Below, in pieces: positions 8,853 to 16,648 of a stretch of 24,000 bases of DNA. The notes beneath the pieces are model-generated. The model saw only the letters and a program-made list of their open reading frames with translations. It was not told where the DNA came from and ran no database searches. Every line of letters begins with the position of its first letter. Position 1 is the stretch's first letter. The stretch covers positions 66,244 to 90,243 of the forward strand of contig JBFONU010000008.1 in assembly GCA_040779345.1 (NCBI GenBank), read 5' to 3'. The stretch comes from Colwelliaceae bacterium 6441 (GTDB lineage: Bacteria > Pseudomonadota > Gammaproteobacteria > Enterobacterales > Alteromonadaceae). Position numbers and translations under genes: made by a program.

Positions 8853-8924
8853 GCGTTGATAATTACAACGCAGGCACTTTACCTTTACGTCAACTGAAAG
8901 GCAAGCCTTGTAATTTTATTACAA
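8853..8924. promoter_or_regulatory. cluster of three dyad symmetries in the bkd upstream region
   Basis: Three dyads are present: GCGTTG-N7-CAACGC (8853-8871), the imperfect 20-bp dyad CCTTTACGTCAACTGAAAGG (8882-8901), and the perfect TTGTAAT-TTT-ATTACAA (8908-8924). On the coding (minus) strand, TTGACG (complement of 8888-8893) and TGTAAT (complement of 8862-8867) could be -35 and -10 elements with a 20-nt spacer. Confidence 0.4.
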
Positions 8925-8966
8925 AAATTACGCCCGAATAATGCGTACTTTTATTTACAACTGCGC

Positions 8967-10046
8967 TTATTCATCCAATAATTTTGTCGGTACTACCGTT
9001 AATAGCGCTCGCTGTCCAATGGATACGTCTGCATTAGGAAAAATTATCGCTTCGCCTTGCTGTTTAACCTTTATCTTTTTTTCGCCATCAAGTGCTAAAA
9101 CATGATCAAGCGGGAAATCGGTGAAATTTTCGACATCATTATCAAAAGTTAGACGAAAATTTTCAGCCGTTCGATTAATAATTTGTGAAATAGCAAAAAC
9201 ATTAAAGTCTTTTTCATCATAGGGAGTGTAGTTTAAATTTTCACCACTGATCAATCGAGTAAGCGTTTCGGTTACTTGGGCAAAGTTTGCTCTGTCATTT
9301 TTCCCAAACGGCTGAACTTTTCCTAATTCAACCGTAAAAGCATCCGCGCCAAATTGATGGGCAGAAAAATAACTAAACGTGGTCGTTGGGGATTTAGACA
9401 ATAAAATGGTATTAACACCACAAGCTTTTAAAAACTGTAACTGCTCAGTTTTTCTTGGCTTTCCATGGGTATGAGGGTAAACAGCAAACTTATCATATTT
9501 TGCTCCGCGAATAGCGGTATGGAGATCATAATGAAATCGTTGTCTGTTTTCACTGATGTTGGCGCCTTGCTGATAAAAATCACGCACAGTATTTTCAATC
9601 AAAAATGCCCGCTGACGCTCTTTATTAATAAGCCCTTCCCCTTGTCCTTGGTCAATTGAGTGCCCACCGGAAAATAAACGATTCATGTTTTCTTCAACAA
9701 AACGCTCTGCTATGTTCATCGAAGCAGGGTTACCAAAAATAAACAACACCCTTTCACAAAGAGACAATTTACCTAAAATAAGCTGTTGAATAAGATCGGC
9801 ACATATTTCAATCGGTGCGGTTTCATTGCCATGAATACCACTTGATAAAATAATATCTTTTGTAGTTGGTCGGTCAATCGGTTCAAAAACAATCAGCCCG
9901 GTATCAAGCACGCTAACTTGACATGAATGTTCACTGGCTTGATGTTTGACCGTAAAAGAAAATTGGCCAGGTAAAGACCACTCGTTTTGGCGGGTTAAGG
10001 CTAAAAAGTCGCCGGATTGTTGTAATTGACTTTGAATGTTATCCAC
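8967..10046 (-). CDS. astE: succinylglutamate desuccinylase / aspartoacylase-family zinc hydrolase
   Basis: 359 aa. It has the zinc-ligand motif SGIHGNETAPIE and downstream conserved H/E residues. The apparent start codon is GTG (complement of 10044-10046), with no in-frame Met for about 100 codons. No other ast genes are adjacent. Confidence 0.8.
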   Translation of the reverse strand: MDNIQSQLQQSGDFLALTRQNEWSLPGQFSFTVKHQASEHSCQVSVLDTGLIVFEPIDRPTTKDIILSSGIHGNETAPIEICADLIQQLILGKLSLCERVLFIFGNPASMNIAERFVEENMNRLFSGGHSIDQGQGEGLINKERQRAFLIENTVRDFYQQGANISENRQRFHYDLHTAIRGAKYDKFAVYPHTHGKPRKTEQLQFLKACGVNTILLSKSPTTTFSYFSAHQFGADAFTVELGKVQPFGKNDRANFAQVTETLTRLISGENLNYTPYDEKDFNVFAISQIINRTAENFRLTFDNDVENFTDFPLDHVLALDGEKKIKVKQQGEAIIFPNADVSIGQRALLTVVPTKLLDE

Positions 10047-10156
10047 AAAGGTTTCTTAAGTAACGTTAAAAGTAACCTTATTGTACGAAATTTTTAGCCA
10101 ATTTTCGTTATATTTATCTATTAATCTGATATTGAGCAATAAAAAATGTGTTCTTG

Positions 10157-10182
10157 GTAAAAGTTTACCCGTTCACTTTTAC
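10157..10182 (-). terminator. weak hairpin downstream of the small GGDEF-like gene
   Basis: GTAAAAGT-N10-ACTTTTAC gives an 8-bp AT-rich stem. On the minus strand the T run starts about 10 nt after the stem, so terminator function is doubtful. Confidence 0.25.
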
Positions 10183-10215
10183 TGCTCTTGGTGAATGGCG
10201 CTATAACAAATGAAT

Positions 10216-10950
10216 TTAGCTCATTTGAATATGGTTTTGCCCCTTACTTTTTGCCATATTTAACGCATCTTCGGCATTATGTAAAAGGGTGTCGACTGTT
10301 TGTGAAGGTTCCCAGAGTGTATAACCAATACTACAGGTAAGGTTTAACGTTAACGAGAATATTTGACCACTAATACTATTTTGTAATTGGTGAGCAAATT
10401 CTTGAGGGTGATGGATATCTTTTAATCGAGCAACAACTAAAAAGTTATCATCAAGCCAACGAAACAATTGCCCTGAAGGAGGAATGACCTTTTGTATGCG
10501 ATGAGCAACATCTAGCAATACTTCATCGCCAACAATTTGGCTGTACATATCGTTAACCTGTTTAAATTTATCTAAATCAATTTGAAAAACAGCAAAGGCT
10601 TCATTGTTTTTTCGAGCTAACTCACACCAAGAAATCAAACTAATTTGTCCCGCACGTCGATTAGGTAATCCTGAAAGAGAATCAACTAGCGCCATTTCTT
10701 CCAAAGTTAAGGCCATTTGACCAAGCTCTTTTATTCGTCGATATGAAAAAATTAACAAACTAATAGAGATGGTGATCCCTAAAGAGAAAACTTCATCTAA
10801 CTCATATTCTTCGTGCTCTCGAGAAAATAAGTAAAGCGTTTCTAAAATATCAAGTTGAGTAAATAGGATTAACAGTAAAAAATTGACAAACGCGAGTACG
10901 CATAAATCTTTAATAACCGTTGGTCGATGTACAAATTGCTTGTGAGGCAT
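10216..10950 (-). CDS. membrane-anchored degenerate GGDEF-domain protein (probably not an active diguanylate cyclase)
   Basis: 244 aa with two N-terminal hydrophobic helices. The GGDEF fold is recognisable (LSGLPNRR, IDLDKFKQVND, GDEVLLDVA). The signature pentapeptide reads L-D-D-N-F (nt 10441-10455, verified as ctt gat gat aac ttt) instead of GG[DE]EF. The usual GH before GDxxL is SQ. Confidence 0.75.
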   Translation of the reverse strand: MPHKQFVHRPTVIKDLCVLAFVNFLLLILFTQLDILETLYLFSREHEEYELDEVFSLGITISISLLIFSYRRIKELGQMALTLEEMALVDSLSGLPNRRAGQISLISWCELARKNNEAFAVFQIDLDKFKQVNDMYSQIVGDEVLLDVAHRIQKVIPPSGQLFRWLDDNFLVVARLKDIHHPQEFAHQLQNSISGQIFSLTLNLTCSIGYTLWEPSQTVDTLLHNAEDALNMAKSKGQNHIQMS

Positions 10951-11064
10951 AGTTTTTCTTATTATTGTTGTCGTTATTAAAGTACTGCATCTATATGAAT
11001 AACAATAGCTTATATTTTGAACGCATTATTACTCACTTAGACAGGTTTTAATACTAACGTTTTA

Positions 11065-12711
11065 TTATAAGCCGGCTTTTTTAAATGCTAAATCAACTAA
11101 TACTTGGGCTTCTTCAATGATTTTTTGCAGGTGTTCCTGACTTATAAAACTTTCTGCATAAACCTTATAAATATCTTCGGTGCCCGATGGTCGCGCAGCA
11201 AACCAGCCATTTTCCGTGGTTACTTTTACACCACCTATTGCCCCATTATTTCCTGGTGCATGTGATAGCACTTGGGTAATTTTCTCACCCGCTATCTCTT
11301 CACTGGTAATGTCTTCTTTAGTTAATGATGTCAGAATTTTTTTCTGTTGCGCGCTGGCAACCGCTTCAACACGGCCATAAAAAGGTTGACCTAATTGTTC
11401 AGCAAGCGCTAAATAATATTGATAGGGATCTTTGCCGGTCACTGCTAGTATTTCAGCGGCAAGTAACGCCATAACAAAGCCATCTTTGTCGGTTGTCCAG
11501 CAACTACCGTCTTTTGCAAGAAAGGTTGCGCCAGCGCTTTCTTCACCACCAAAGGCATAGTCTGCATTATGCAGTCCTTCTACAAACCATTTAAAACCAA
11601 CGGGTACTTCAGAAAGTGGTCTATCAATAAGTGCGGCTACCCTATCAATAAGCGAGCTCGATACTAAGGTTTTACCAATTTTACATGCTTTGGGCCAGTT
11701 ACGGTGTGTCATCAAGTAATGAATCGCAACGGCAAGGTAATGATTAGGGTTCATTAAGCCCCCTGACTTGGTCACAATACCGTGACGATCAAAATCAGGA
11801 TCGTTACCTACGGCAATGTCATATTGCTCTTTTAATGCAATTAAACCTGACATGGCATAAGGAGACGAGCAGTCCATGCGTATTTTGCCATCTTTGTCTA
11901 ACGGCATAAATGAAAAGCTAGCATCGACAACAGGATTAACCACCTCTAAATTTAGGTGATATGTTTTAGCAATAATTGGCCAATAATCAATACCTGAGCC
12001 GCCCAGAGGATCCGCACCAATCTTCACTCCTGAGGATGAAATAGCGTCCATATCTATCACTTGAGATAATTCATCAACATAAAATTGAATAAAATCTTGC
12101 TTAGTTAATAACGATGAATCAAGCACTTGCTGATAGCTTGCTTGTTTTGCGTCGAGTAAGCCGCGCTCAATAATATCATTCGCTCTTTTCTCAATGAGCT
12201 TAGTCACTTCTCCTTCTGCCGGACCGCCATGAGGAGGGTTGTACTTTATTCCACCATCAGAAGGTGGGTTATGCGAAGGGGTAATAATCAAACCATCGGC
12301 TTGCAATTCACTTGACTTATTATGAGCAATAATTAAACGAGAGATAACAGGTGTCGGTGTAAAACCTTCATCGGACTGAATAACAACGGGAACATTGTTA
12401 GCAATTAATACCGATAATGCTGTTAAGAAAGCGGGCTCAGATAAAGCATGAGTATCTTTCCCCAAAAATAAAGGCCCTTGATAAGCTTGTTCACTTCTAT
12501 ATTCAGCGACCGCTTGGCATATTGCGATAATATGATACTCATTAAAACTTATTTTCTTAGCATTGCCACGATGACCCGATGTGCCAAAACTTACTCGTTG
12601 AGCTTCAATTGAGATATCAGGTTGCTTGATATAATAATAGCTCACCAATTGAGCAATATTTTCTCTATCTTTTGCTTGGGCTACTTTACCTGCACGTGGA
12701 TGAACTGACAT
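11065..12711 (-). CDS. pgm: phosphoglucomutase (alpha-D-glucose-1,6-bisphosphate dependent)
   Basis: The active-site loop is TPSHNPPSDGGIKYN. The N-terminus MSVHPRAGKVAQ... parallels E. coli Pgm (MAIHNRAGQPAQ). I prefer the start at Met22 of the track ORF (ATG, complement of 12709-12711), which has GAGGAAGGAAA upstream. The product is 548 aa, against about 546 aa for E. coli Pgm. Confidence 0.95.
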   Translation of the reverse strand: MSVHPRAGKVAQAKDRENIAQLVSYYYIKQPDISIEAQRVSFGTSGHRGNAKKISFNEYHIIAICQAVAEYRSEQAYQGPLFLGKDTHALSEPAFLTALSVLIANNVPVVIQSDEGFTPTPVISRLIIAHNKSSELQADGLIITPSHNPPSDGGIKYNPPHGGPAEGEVTKLIEKRANDIIERGLLDAKQASYQQVLDSSLLTKQDFIQFYVDELSQVIDMDAISSSGVKIGADPLGGSGIDYWPIIAKTYHLNLEVVNPVVDASFSFMPLDKDGKIRMDCSSPYAMSGLIALKEQYDIAVGNDPDFDRHGIVTKSGGLMNPNHYLAVAIHYLMTHRNWPKACKIGKTLVSSSLIDRVAALIDRPLSEVPVGFKWFVEGLHNADYAFGGEESAGATFLAKDGSCWTTDKDGFVMALLAAEILAVTGKDPYQYYLALAEQLGQPFYGRVEAVASAQQKKILTSLTKEDITSEEIAGEKITQVLSHAPGNNGAIGGVKVTTENGWFAARPSGTEDIYKVYAESFISQEHLQKIIEEAQVLVDLAFKKAGL

Positions 12712-12791
12712 GCTATTTCCTTCCTCATTTGAATCATTATTATTTTCAGTAAATACGCATTGGATGTTCAACATGCTTTATATGAGAGGGT

Positions 12792-13367
12792 TTATAATAA
12801 ATCTCTAATTTTTTCTACCTGACTCATTTCATAACCTAACGCTTTTGCAACTTCAGTGATCATCATTTTTTTACGTGTCGTGTTCGAGTTTGTCATCACC
12901 CAAAAGTTACTTTCAGGTATTTGTCTAGGTTTGGTACTACTACCACTTTCGGCCAAATCACTTTCATTGCGTGCAAAGTACAATCGATCTCGTCCTCTAA
13001 TATCTAGCACAGTAGAAAAATTTTCACCGTGTACCCGATGTAATGCCGACAAAATGAGTAAGAACCGACCAACCACGCCACGCTGAGTAGCTAATTCTTC
13101 CTTATTAATATAATTAAAGACACTTTCTGCACTGTATTCGACTGCCGGTTCTGTTTTATGCTCAGAGTGAGAAGAGGCTGAGCTTTGTGTTGTTGAGCTT
13201 TGTTGTAATACTGATTCGATCTTGTCTGGCTGTGCTGGTAGTTGAGCATTCACATCGACAGATAAAAATAATAAGCGACGAATAATTGATGAGGCACTCT
13301 CCCCGATATACTGCGTTTGTGAGGCTAAATACTGATAAAGTTCTTCATCTATTTCTATATGTTTCAT
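12792..13367 (-). CDS. seqA: replication initiation negative regulator SeqA
   Basis: 191 aa. The N-terminus [33 protein letters not shown] closely parallels E. coli SeqA. It lies immediately upstream of pgm, as in enterics. The central S/T/Q-rich linker is longer than in E. coli. Confidence 0.93.
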   Translation of the reverse strand: MKHIEIDEELYQYLASQTQYIGESASSIIRRLLFLSVDVNAQLPAQPDKIESVLQQSSTTQSSASSHSEHKTEPAVEYSAESVFNYINKEELATQRGVVGRFLLILSALHRVHGENFSTVLDIRGRDRLYFARNESDLAESGSSTKPRQIPESNFWVMTNSNTTRKKMMITEVAKALGYEMSQVEKIRDLL

Positions 13368-13513
13368 TGAAAACCTAAGGGACGTTAATAGAATAATTTT
13401 GGCAAGTTGATTATACTGAGCTTGCAGTTAAGTCTCTATAGTAAAAACAGATTATTCTGCAATTTTTTTCATCCCAGTCAATCAATAACAACTTCAAATG
13501 GCAAATTTAATCA

Positions 13514-14278
13514 ATGGCAATTCTTAATTATCAGCAAAACGGCACTGGCCAAAATATCATGTTAATTCACGGACTGTTTGGCAGTTTAGATAACCTAAAT
13601 ATGGTATCAAAAGGTCTATGTGAAAATTATTGTGTCACCAATGTTGATGTTCGAAATCATGGTTTTTCGTTTCACGAAAACAATATGTCATATGAGAATT
13701 TAGCACAAGATATTATTGATACTCTCGATCACCTTAATATTGCATCAACTCATATCTTAGGCCACTCTATGGGAGGCAAGATTGCGATGCAGGTAGCACT
13801 AGACTTTCCTGATAGAATCAACTCACTTATCGTTGCCGATATTTCCCCTATCCAATACCCTGAGCATCACAATCAAATTATTGAAGGCTTACAATCAATC
13901 AATTTATCGCTCATTAATAATAGAAAACAAGCCGATGAACAGCTATCTCATTATGTCAAAGATATCGGTGTGCGACAGTTTCTCTTAAGAAACCTGCACA
14001 AAGTGAACGAACGATTTGCTTTTAAATGTAATTTAGCTTTTATTGCTCAATGTTACCCTCAAATAATTCAAGGGTATAAAGGAGTAAAGACTTTTAACAA
14101 ACCCACCCTTTTTATTAAAGGGGGCAATTCAGATTATATCTCCATAGACCATCGTCCAATCATTAACCAGCTGTTTCCAATGAGTAAAGCTAAAATTATT
14201 CAAGGGGCTGGTCACTGGTTACACGCAGAAAAAACGATTGCCTTTAACAAAACGGTAACAAACTTCTTAACCGCTTAA
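13514..14278 (+). CDS. ybfF: YbfF-type esterase (alpha/beta hydrolase)
   Basis: 254 aa, the same length as E. coli YbfF. Motifs include LIHGLFGSLDNL, the nucleophile elbow GHSMGG and C-terminal GAGHWLHAEKP-like GAGHWLHAEKT. It is divergent from seqA, as in E. coli. Confidence 0.85.
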   Translation: MAILNYQQNGTGQNIMLIHGLFGSLDNLNMVSKGLCENYCVTNVDVRNHGFSFHENNMSYENLAQDIIDTLDHLNIASTHILGHSMGGKIAMQVALDFPDRINSLIVADISPIQYPEHHNQIIEGLQSINLSLINNRKQADEQLSHYVKDIGVRQFLLRNLHKVNERFAFKCNLAFIAQCYPQIIQGYKGVKTFNKPTLFIKGGNSDYISIDHRPIINQLFPMSKAKIIQGAGHWLHAEKTIAFNKTVTNFLTA

Positions 14279-14305
14279 TTTAATTTTATCCTTGTTATAA
14301 AAAAA

Positions 14306-14341
14306 CCATGAAATATATTGCATATGCAATATATTTCATGG
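14306..14341. repeat. 36-bp perfect palindrome CCATGAAATATATTGCAT/ATGCAATATATTTCATGG
   Basis: All 18+18 positions are complementary, plus an extra A:T pair at 14305/14342. A 7-A run lies immediately upstream on the plus strand, giving a T run after the hairpin on the minus strand. The plus strand has no T run after it. Confidence 0.9.
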
Positions 14342-14369
14342 TAAAAATAATGTGTTTATTGAGCACTTA

Positions 14370-14378
14370 TGCTATAGT
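14370..14378 (+). promoter_or_regulatory. candidate extended -10 promoter element (TGCTATAGT) for DUF2788-ybfE-fldA
   Basis: TGn + TATAGT lies 27 nt upstream of the DUF2788 ATG. No convincing -35 was found. Motif reading only. Confidence 0.3.
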
Positions 14379-14404
14379 CCTGCCTGAAATTTTTAGGGTG
14401 AATT

Positions 14405-14626
14405 ATGCTAGCTGAACACTTTGTGCTAATAGAAACAATTGGGCTCAATTTATTTTTTGCTTTTATCTTTATTTTCATAGGGTTATCGATTCACGACGTT
14501 ATGAAAAAAAATGATGTGCCTAAAATGGGCCGCTATACAGTCTATTTTGTTTTATTTCTTGGTTGTGCTGGATTTATCGCCAAAGGTATTATTCAGTTTG
14601 TTTGGGAAAGCCAAGGCGTAGGTTAA
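14405..14626 (+). CDS. small two-TM membrane protein (DUF2788-like)
   Basis: 73 aa with AGGGTG 5 nt upstream of the ATG. Two hydrophobic helices are present. The stop lies 1 nt before the ybfE ATG. The family name comes from my memory of this conserved position in Vibrio/Shewanella-type genomes. Confidence 0.6.
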   Translation: MLAEHFVLIETIGLNLFFAFIFIFIGLSIHDVMKKNDVPKMGRYTVYFVLFLGCAGFIAKGIIQFVWESQGVG

Positions 14627-14627
14627 A

Positions 14628-14909
14628 ATGGCAAAAGAAATATCAGATTTAACAACAATTGATTTATTTAGTGACGATAAACGGCCTGGTCGTCCTAAGA
14701 CTAACCCACACTCACGAAGTGTGCAGGTTAAAATTAACAAAAGAAATCAGGTTAAGCGTGATAAAACCAATGGTTTAAAACGCGTTGAATTTAAAATTCA
14801 CGAAAACTTGATCGACCGATTAGATCAATTAGCAAAAGATACGAACACGCATCGTAGTGAGTTAATTGAATCACTGCTAGTGAAAGCATTAGCGTTAGAT
14901 GAAAATTAA
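14628..14909 (+). CDS. ybfE: YbfE-family (LexA-regulated protein in E. coli) ribbon-helix-helix/CopG-like protein
   Basis: 93 aa. MAKEISDLTTIDLFSDDKRPGRPKTNPHSRSVQVKINKRNQVKRDK..GLKRVE parallels E. coli YbfE (MAKEQTDRTTLDLF..RRPGRPKTNPLSR..INKRNQLKRDK). It sits between ybfF and fldA, as in E. coli. Confidence 0.8.
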   Translation: MAKEISDLTTIDLFSDDKRPGRPKTNPHSRSVQVKINKRNQVKRDKTNGLKRVEFKIHENLIDRLDQLAKDTNTHRSELIESLLVKALALDEN

Positions 14910-14932
14910 AGTTTTAAAAAGGTTATAACTCA

Positions 14933-15460
14933 ATGGCAATTGTAGGTTTATTTTTCGGTAGTGATACTGGTAACACCGAAGCTGTAAGTAAAATGATCCA
15001 AAAAAAATTGGGCAAAAAATTAGTCGATGTTAAAGATATCGCTAAAAGTACCAAAGAAGAGATCGCTGAATTTGACATGATTATTCTAGGTATTCCAACC
15101 TGGTATTACGGGGAAAATCAATGTGATTGGGATGATTTTTTACCCGAGCTTGAAGAGATTGATTTTACCGATAAATTAGTCGCAATATTTGGTTTAGGTG
15201 ATCAAGAAGATTACGCTGAATATTTTTGTGATGCGATGGAGCCATTACGCGACATTTGTGAATCTAAAGGTGCAATTATTGTCGGGAACTGGCCAAATGA
15301 AGGCTATGAATTTGAAGCTTCTAAAGCATTAATCGACGAGAATACCTTTATCGGTTTATGTGTTGACGAAGACAGACAACCTGAGCTAACCGAAGAGCGT
15401 GTTGATAAATGGGTTAATCAAATTAATGAAGAAATGTGTTTAGCGGAATTAGCTGACTAA
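14933..15460 (+). CDS. fldA: long-chain flavodoxin
   Basis: 175 aa. The FMN phosphate-binding loop is FFGSDTGNTE and PTWYYGE is typical of FldA. The gene lies directly upstream of fur. Confidence 0.95.
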   Translation: MAIVGLFFGSDTGNTEAVSKMIQKKLGKKLVDVKDIAKSTKEEIAEFDMIILGIPTWYYGENQCDWDDFLPELEEIDFTDKLVAIFGLGDQEDYAEYFCDAMEPLRDICESKGAIIVGNWPNEGYEFEASKALIDENTFIGLCVDEDRQPELTEERVDKWVNQINEEMCLAELAD

Positions 15461-15485
15461 GCTTATTTTAAAAAACGTCCTAACG

Positions 15486-15511
15486 AAGCCTACATCCTTG
15501 TAGGCTTTTTT
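15486..15511 (+). terminator. intrinsic terminator after fldA
   Basis: AAGCCTACA-TCCT-TGTAGGCTT followed by TTTT. It begins 26 nt after the fldA stop. Confidence 0.85.
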
Positions 15512-15651
15512 ATTTGACCATTTTATTTCCAACGTTCACAAGGGATAAATACAGTTTGATAATAATTAATCGATATATCTCAAAAACTTTTCAAGCATGA
15601 AAAAATAAGCATTATTAACAATAAAGGCTTTTAACCCTCTTCAATACCCCC

Positions 15652-15657
15652 TATAAT
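15652..15657 (+). promoter_or_regulatory. candidate -10 hexamer (TATAAT) of a fur-proximal promoter
   Basis: A perfect TATAAT lies 35 nt upstream of the fur ATG. Only weak -35 candidates exist (TTAACC at 15-nt spacing, TTTTAA at 17-nt spacing). Confidence 0.35.
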
Positions 15658-15691
15658 TTTAGCCCTATTTCTATCGTTGAGAATTAACTGC

Positions 15692-16135
15692 ATGGCAGAT
15701 CAAAATGAAGAGCTAAAAAGAGCGGGATTAAAAATCACCCTGCCTAGAATAAAAATTTTAGCCATATTGCAAGATCCTCAGAATCAGCATATTAGTGCAG
15801 AAGATGTATACAAAATCCTTCTAGATCATAATGAAGAAATTGGCTTAGCGACTGTTTATCGGGTACTCAACCAATTTGACGATGCAGGAATTGTGACTCG
15901 TCACCATTTTGAAGGCGGTAAATCAGTTTTTGAATTAAGCCATAAAAAACATCATGACCATTTAGTGTGTTTAAAATGCGGTAAAGTCGTTGAATTTGAA
16001 GATGATGTTATTGAGCAAAGACAAGAAGATATCGCTAAACACCATAAAATTACATTAACGAATCACAGTTTATACCTCTATGGGGAATGTGAAGACCAAC
16101 AAGCTTGTGAAACGTATCGACAAGAAAATATTTAG
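15692..16135 (+). CDS. fur: ferric uptake regulator
   Basis: MADQNEELKRAGLKITLPRIKILAIL parallels E. coli Fur (MTDNNTALKKAGLKVTLPRLKILEVL). Motifs include HHDHLVCLKCGKVVEF and a C-terminal Cys pair. The track start at 15677 is an upstream TTG, and I prefer the ATG at 15692 (147 aa). Confidence 0.95.
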   Translation: MADQNEELKRAGLKITLPRIKILAILQDPQNQHISAEDVYKILLDHNEEIGLATVYRVLNQFDDAGIVTRHHFEGGKSVFELSHKKHHDHLVCLKCGKVVEFEDDVIEQRQEDIAKHHKITLTNHSLYLYGECEDQQACETYRQENI

Positions 16136-16169
16136 CAGAGTTTGCATAAGCGCTATTGTAGTTAAATTT

Positions 16170-16197
16170 AAAGCGTCTTTAGCAGACGCTTTTTTTT
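16170..16197 (+). terminator. intrinsic terminator after fur (overlaps the stop codon of the convergent GNAT gene)
   Basis: AAAGCGTCT-TTAGC-AGACGCTTT followed by a T run. Confidence 0.8.
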
Positions 16198-16648
16198 ATC
16201 GCGATTCCCTTGGGTTTGTCCATCGCATCTGAAATTCTAAAGTCGTTTTATTTTCAATCACAAAATCGTTTCGCTGATATAACTTCAAGGCAGGGTTTTC
16301 TATTAATACATTTAAGGTAATTGGCAAACCTCGCTCTGACGCTTTTTTCTTAAGTAATTCAAGTACCTTAGTGCCAATACCTAAATTATGAAAAGCGGGC
16401 ATGATCTGAAATTGCCTGATATGAAAACGATCCTCTAATAAGGCAAATTTGATTAAACCAATGGCTTGATGGTTTTTGTGGATAATGTGCGAATCTGAAT
16501 AAAATTCGTCGATACGCTCAAAATGTTGAGCATCATTTAATACAATTCCTGCTTTTGCCAAGTGCCCCGTCATTGATGACTTTCTTAAATGCAGTAAGAA
16601 AGGTTTATCTTCAAAGGTGGCTTTTTTAAAGCTTATCGTTGTTTTCAT
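16196..16648 (-). CDS. GNAT-family N-acetyltransferase
   Basis: 150 aa. The acetyl-CoA-binding region follows the pattern IRQFQIMPAFHNLGIGTKVLELL (Q/RxxGxG/A-type), and the C-terminus has the typical YQRNDF. Confidence 0.85.
   Translation of the reverse strand: MKTTISFKKATFEDKPFLLHLRKSSMTGHLAKAGIVLNDAQHFERIDEFYSDSHIIHKNHQAIGLIKFALLEDRFHIRQFQIMPAFHNLGIGTKVLELLKKKASERGLPITLNVLIENPALKLYQRNDFVIENKTTLEFQMRWTNPRESR

Noticed and set aside
8007-13086. Antisense track ORFs 8007-8294, 9465-9659, 11180-11380 and 12856-13086
   Set aside because: Each lies wholly inside bkdA1, astE, pgm or seqA on the opposite strand. There are no start-site signals or recognisable domains.
14279-14404. Expected LexA/SOS box upstream of ybfE
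   Set aside because: No CTGT-N8-ACAG, or even a CTGT or ACAG tetramer, is present in this interval. SOS control cannot be supported from the sequence.
14552-14740. 62-aa minus-strand ORF antisense to the DUF2788/ybfE junction
   Set aside because: It overlaps two tightly coupled plus-strand genes that have homology or positional support, and it has no RBS. It is noted only because a minus-strand transcript through here could end at the 14306-14341 hairpin. That would not need to be coding.
15558-15576. Possible Fur box (GATAATAATTAATCGATAT) upstream of fur, suggesting autoregulation
   Set aside because: It matches only 9-10 of 19 positions in either orientation of the consensus, which is indistinguishable from AT-rich background.
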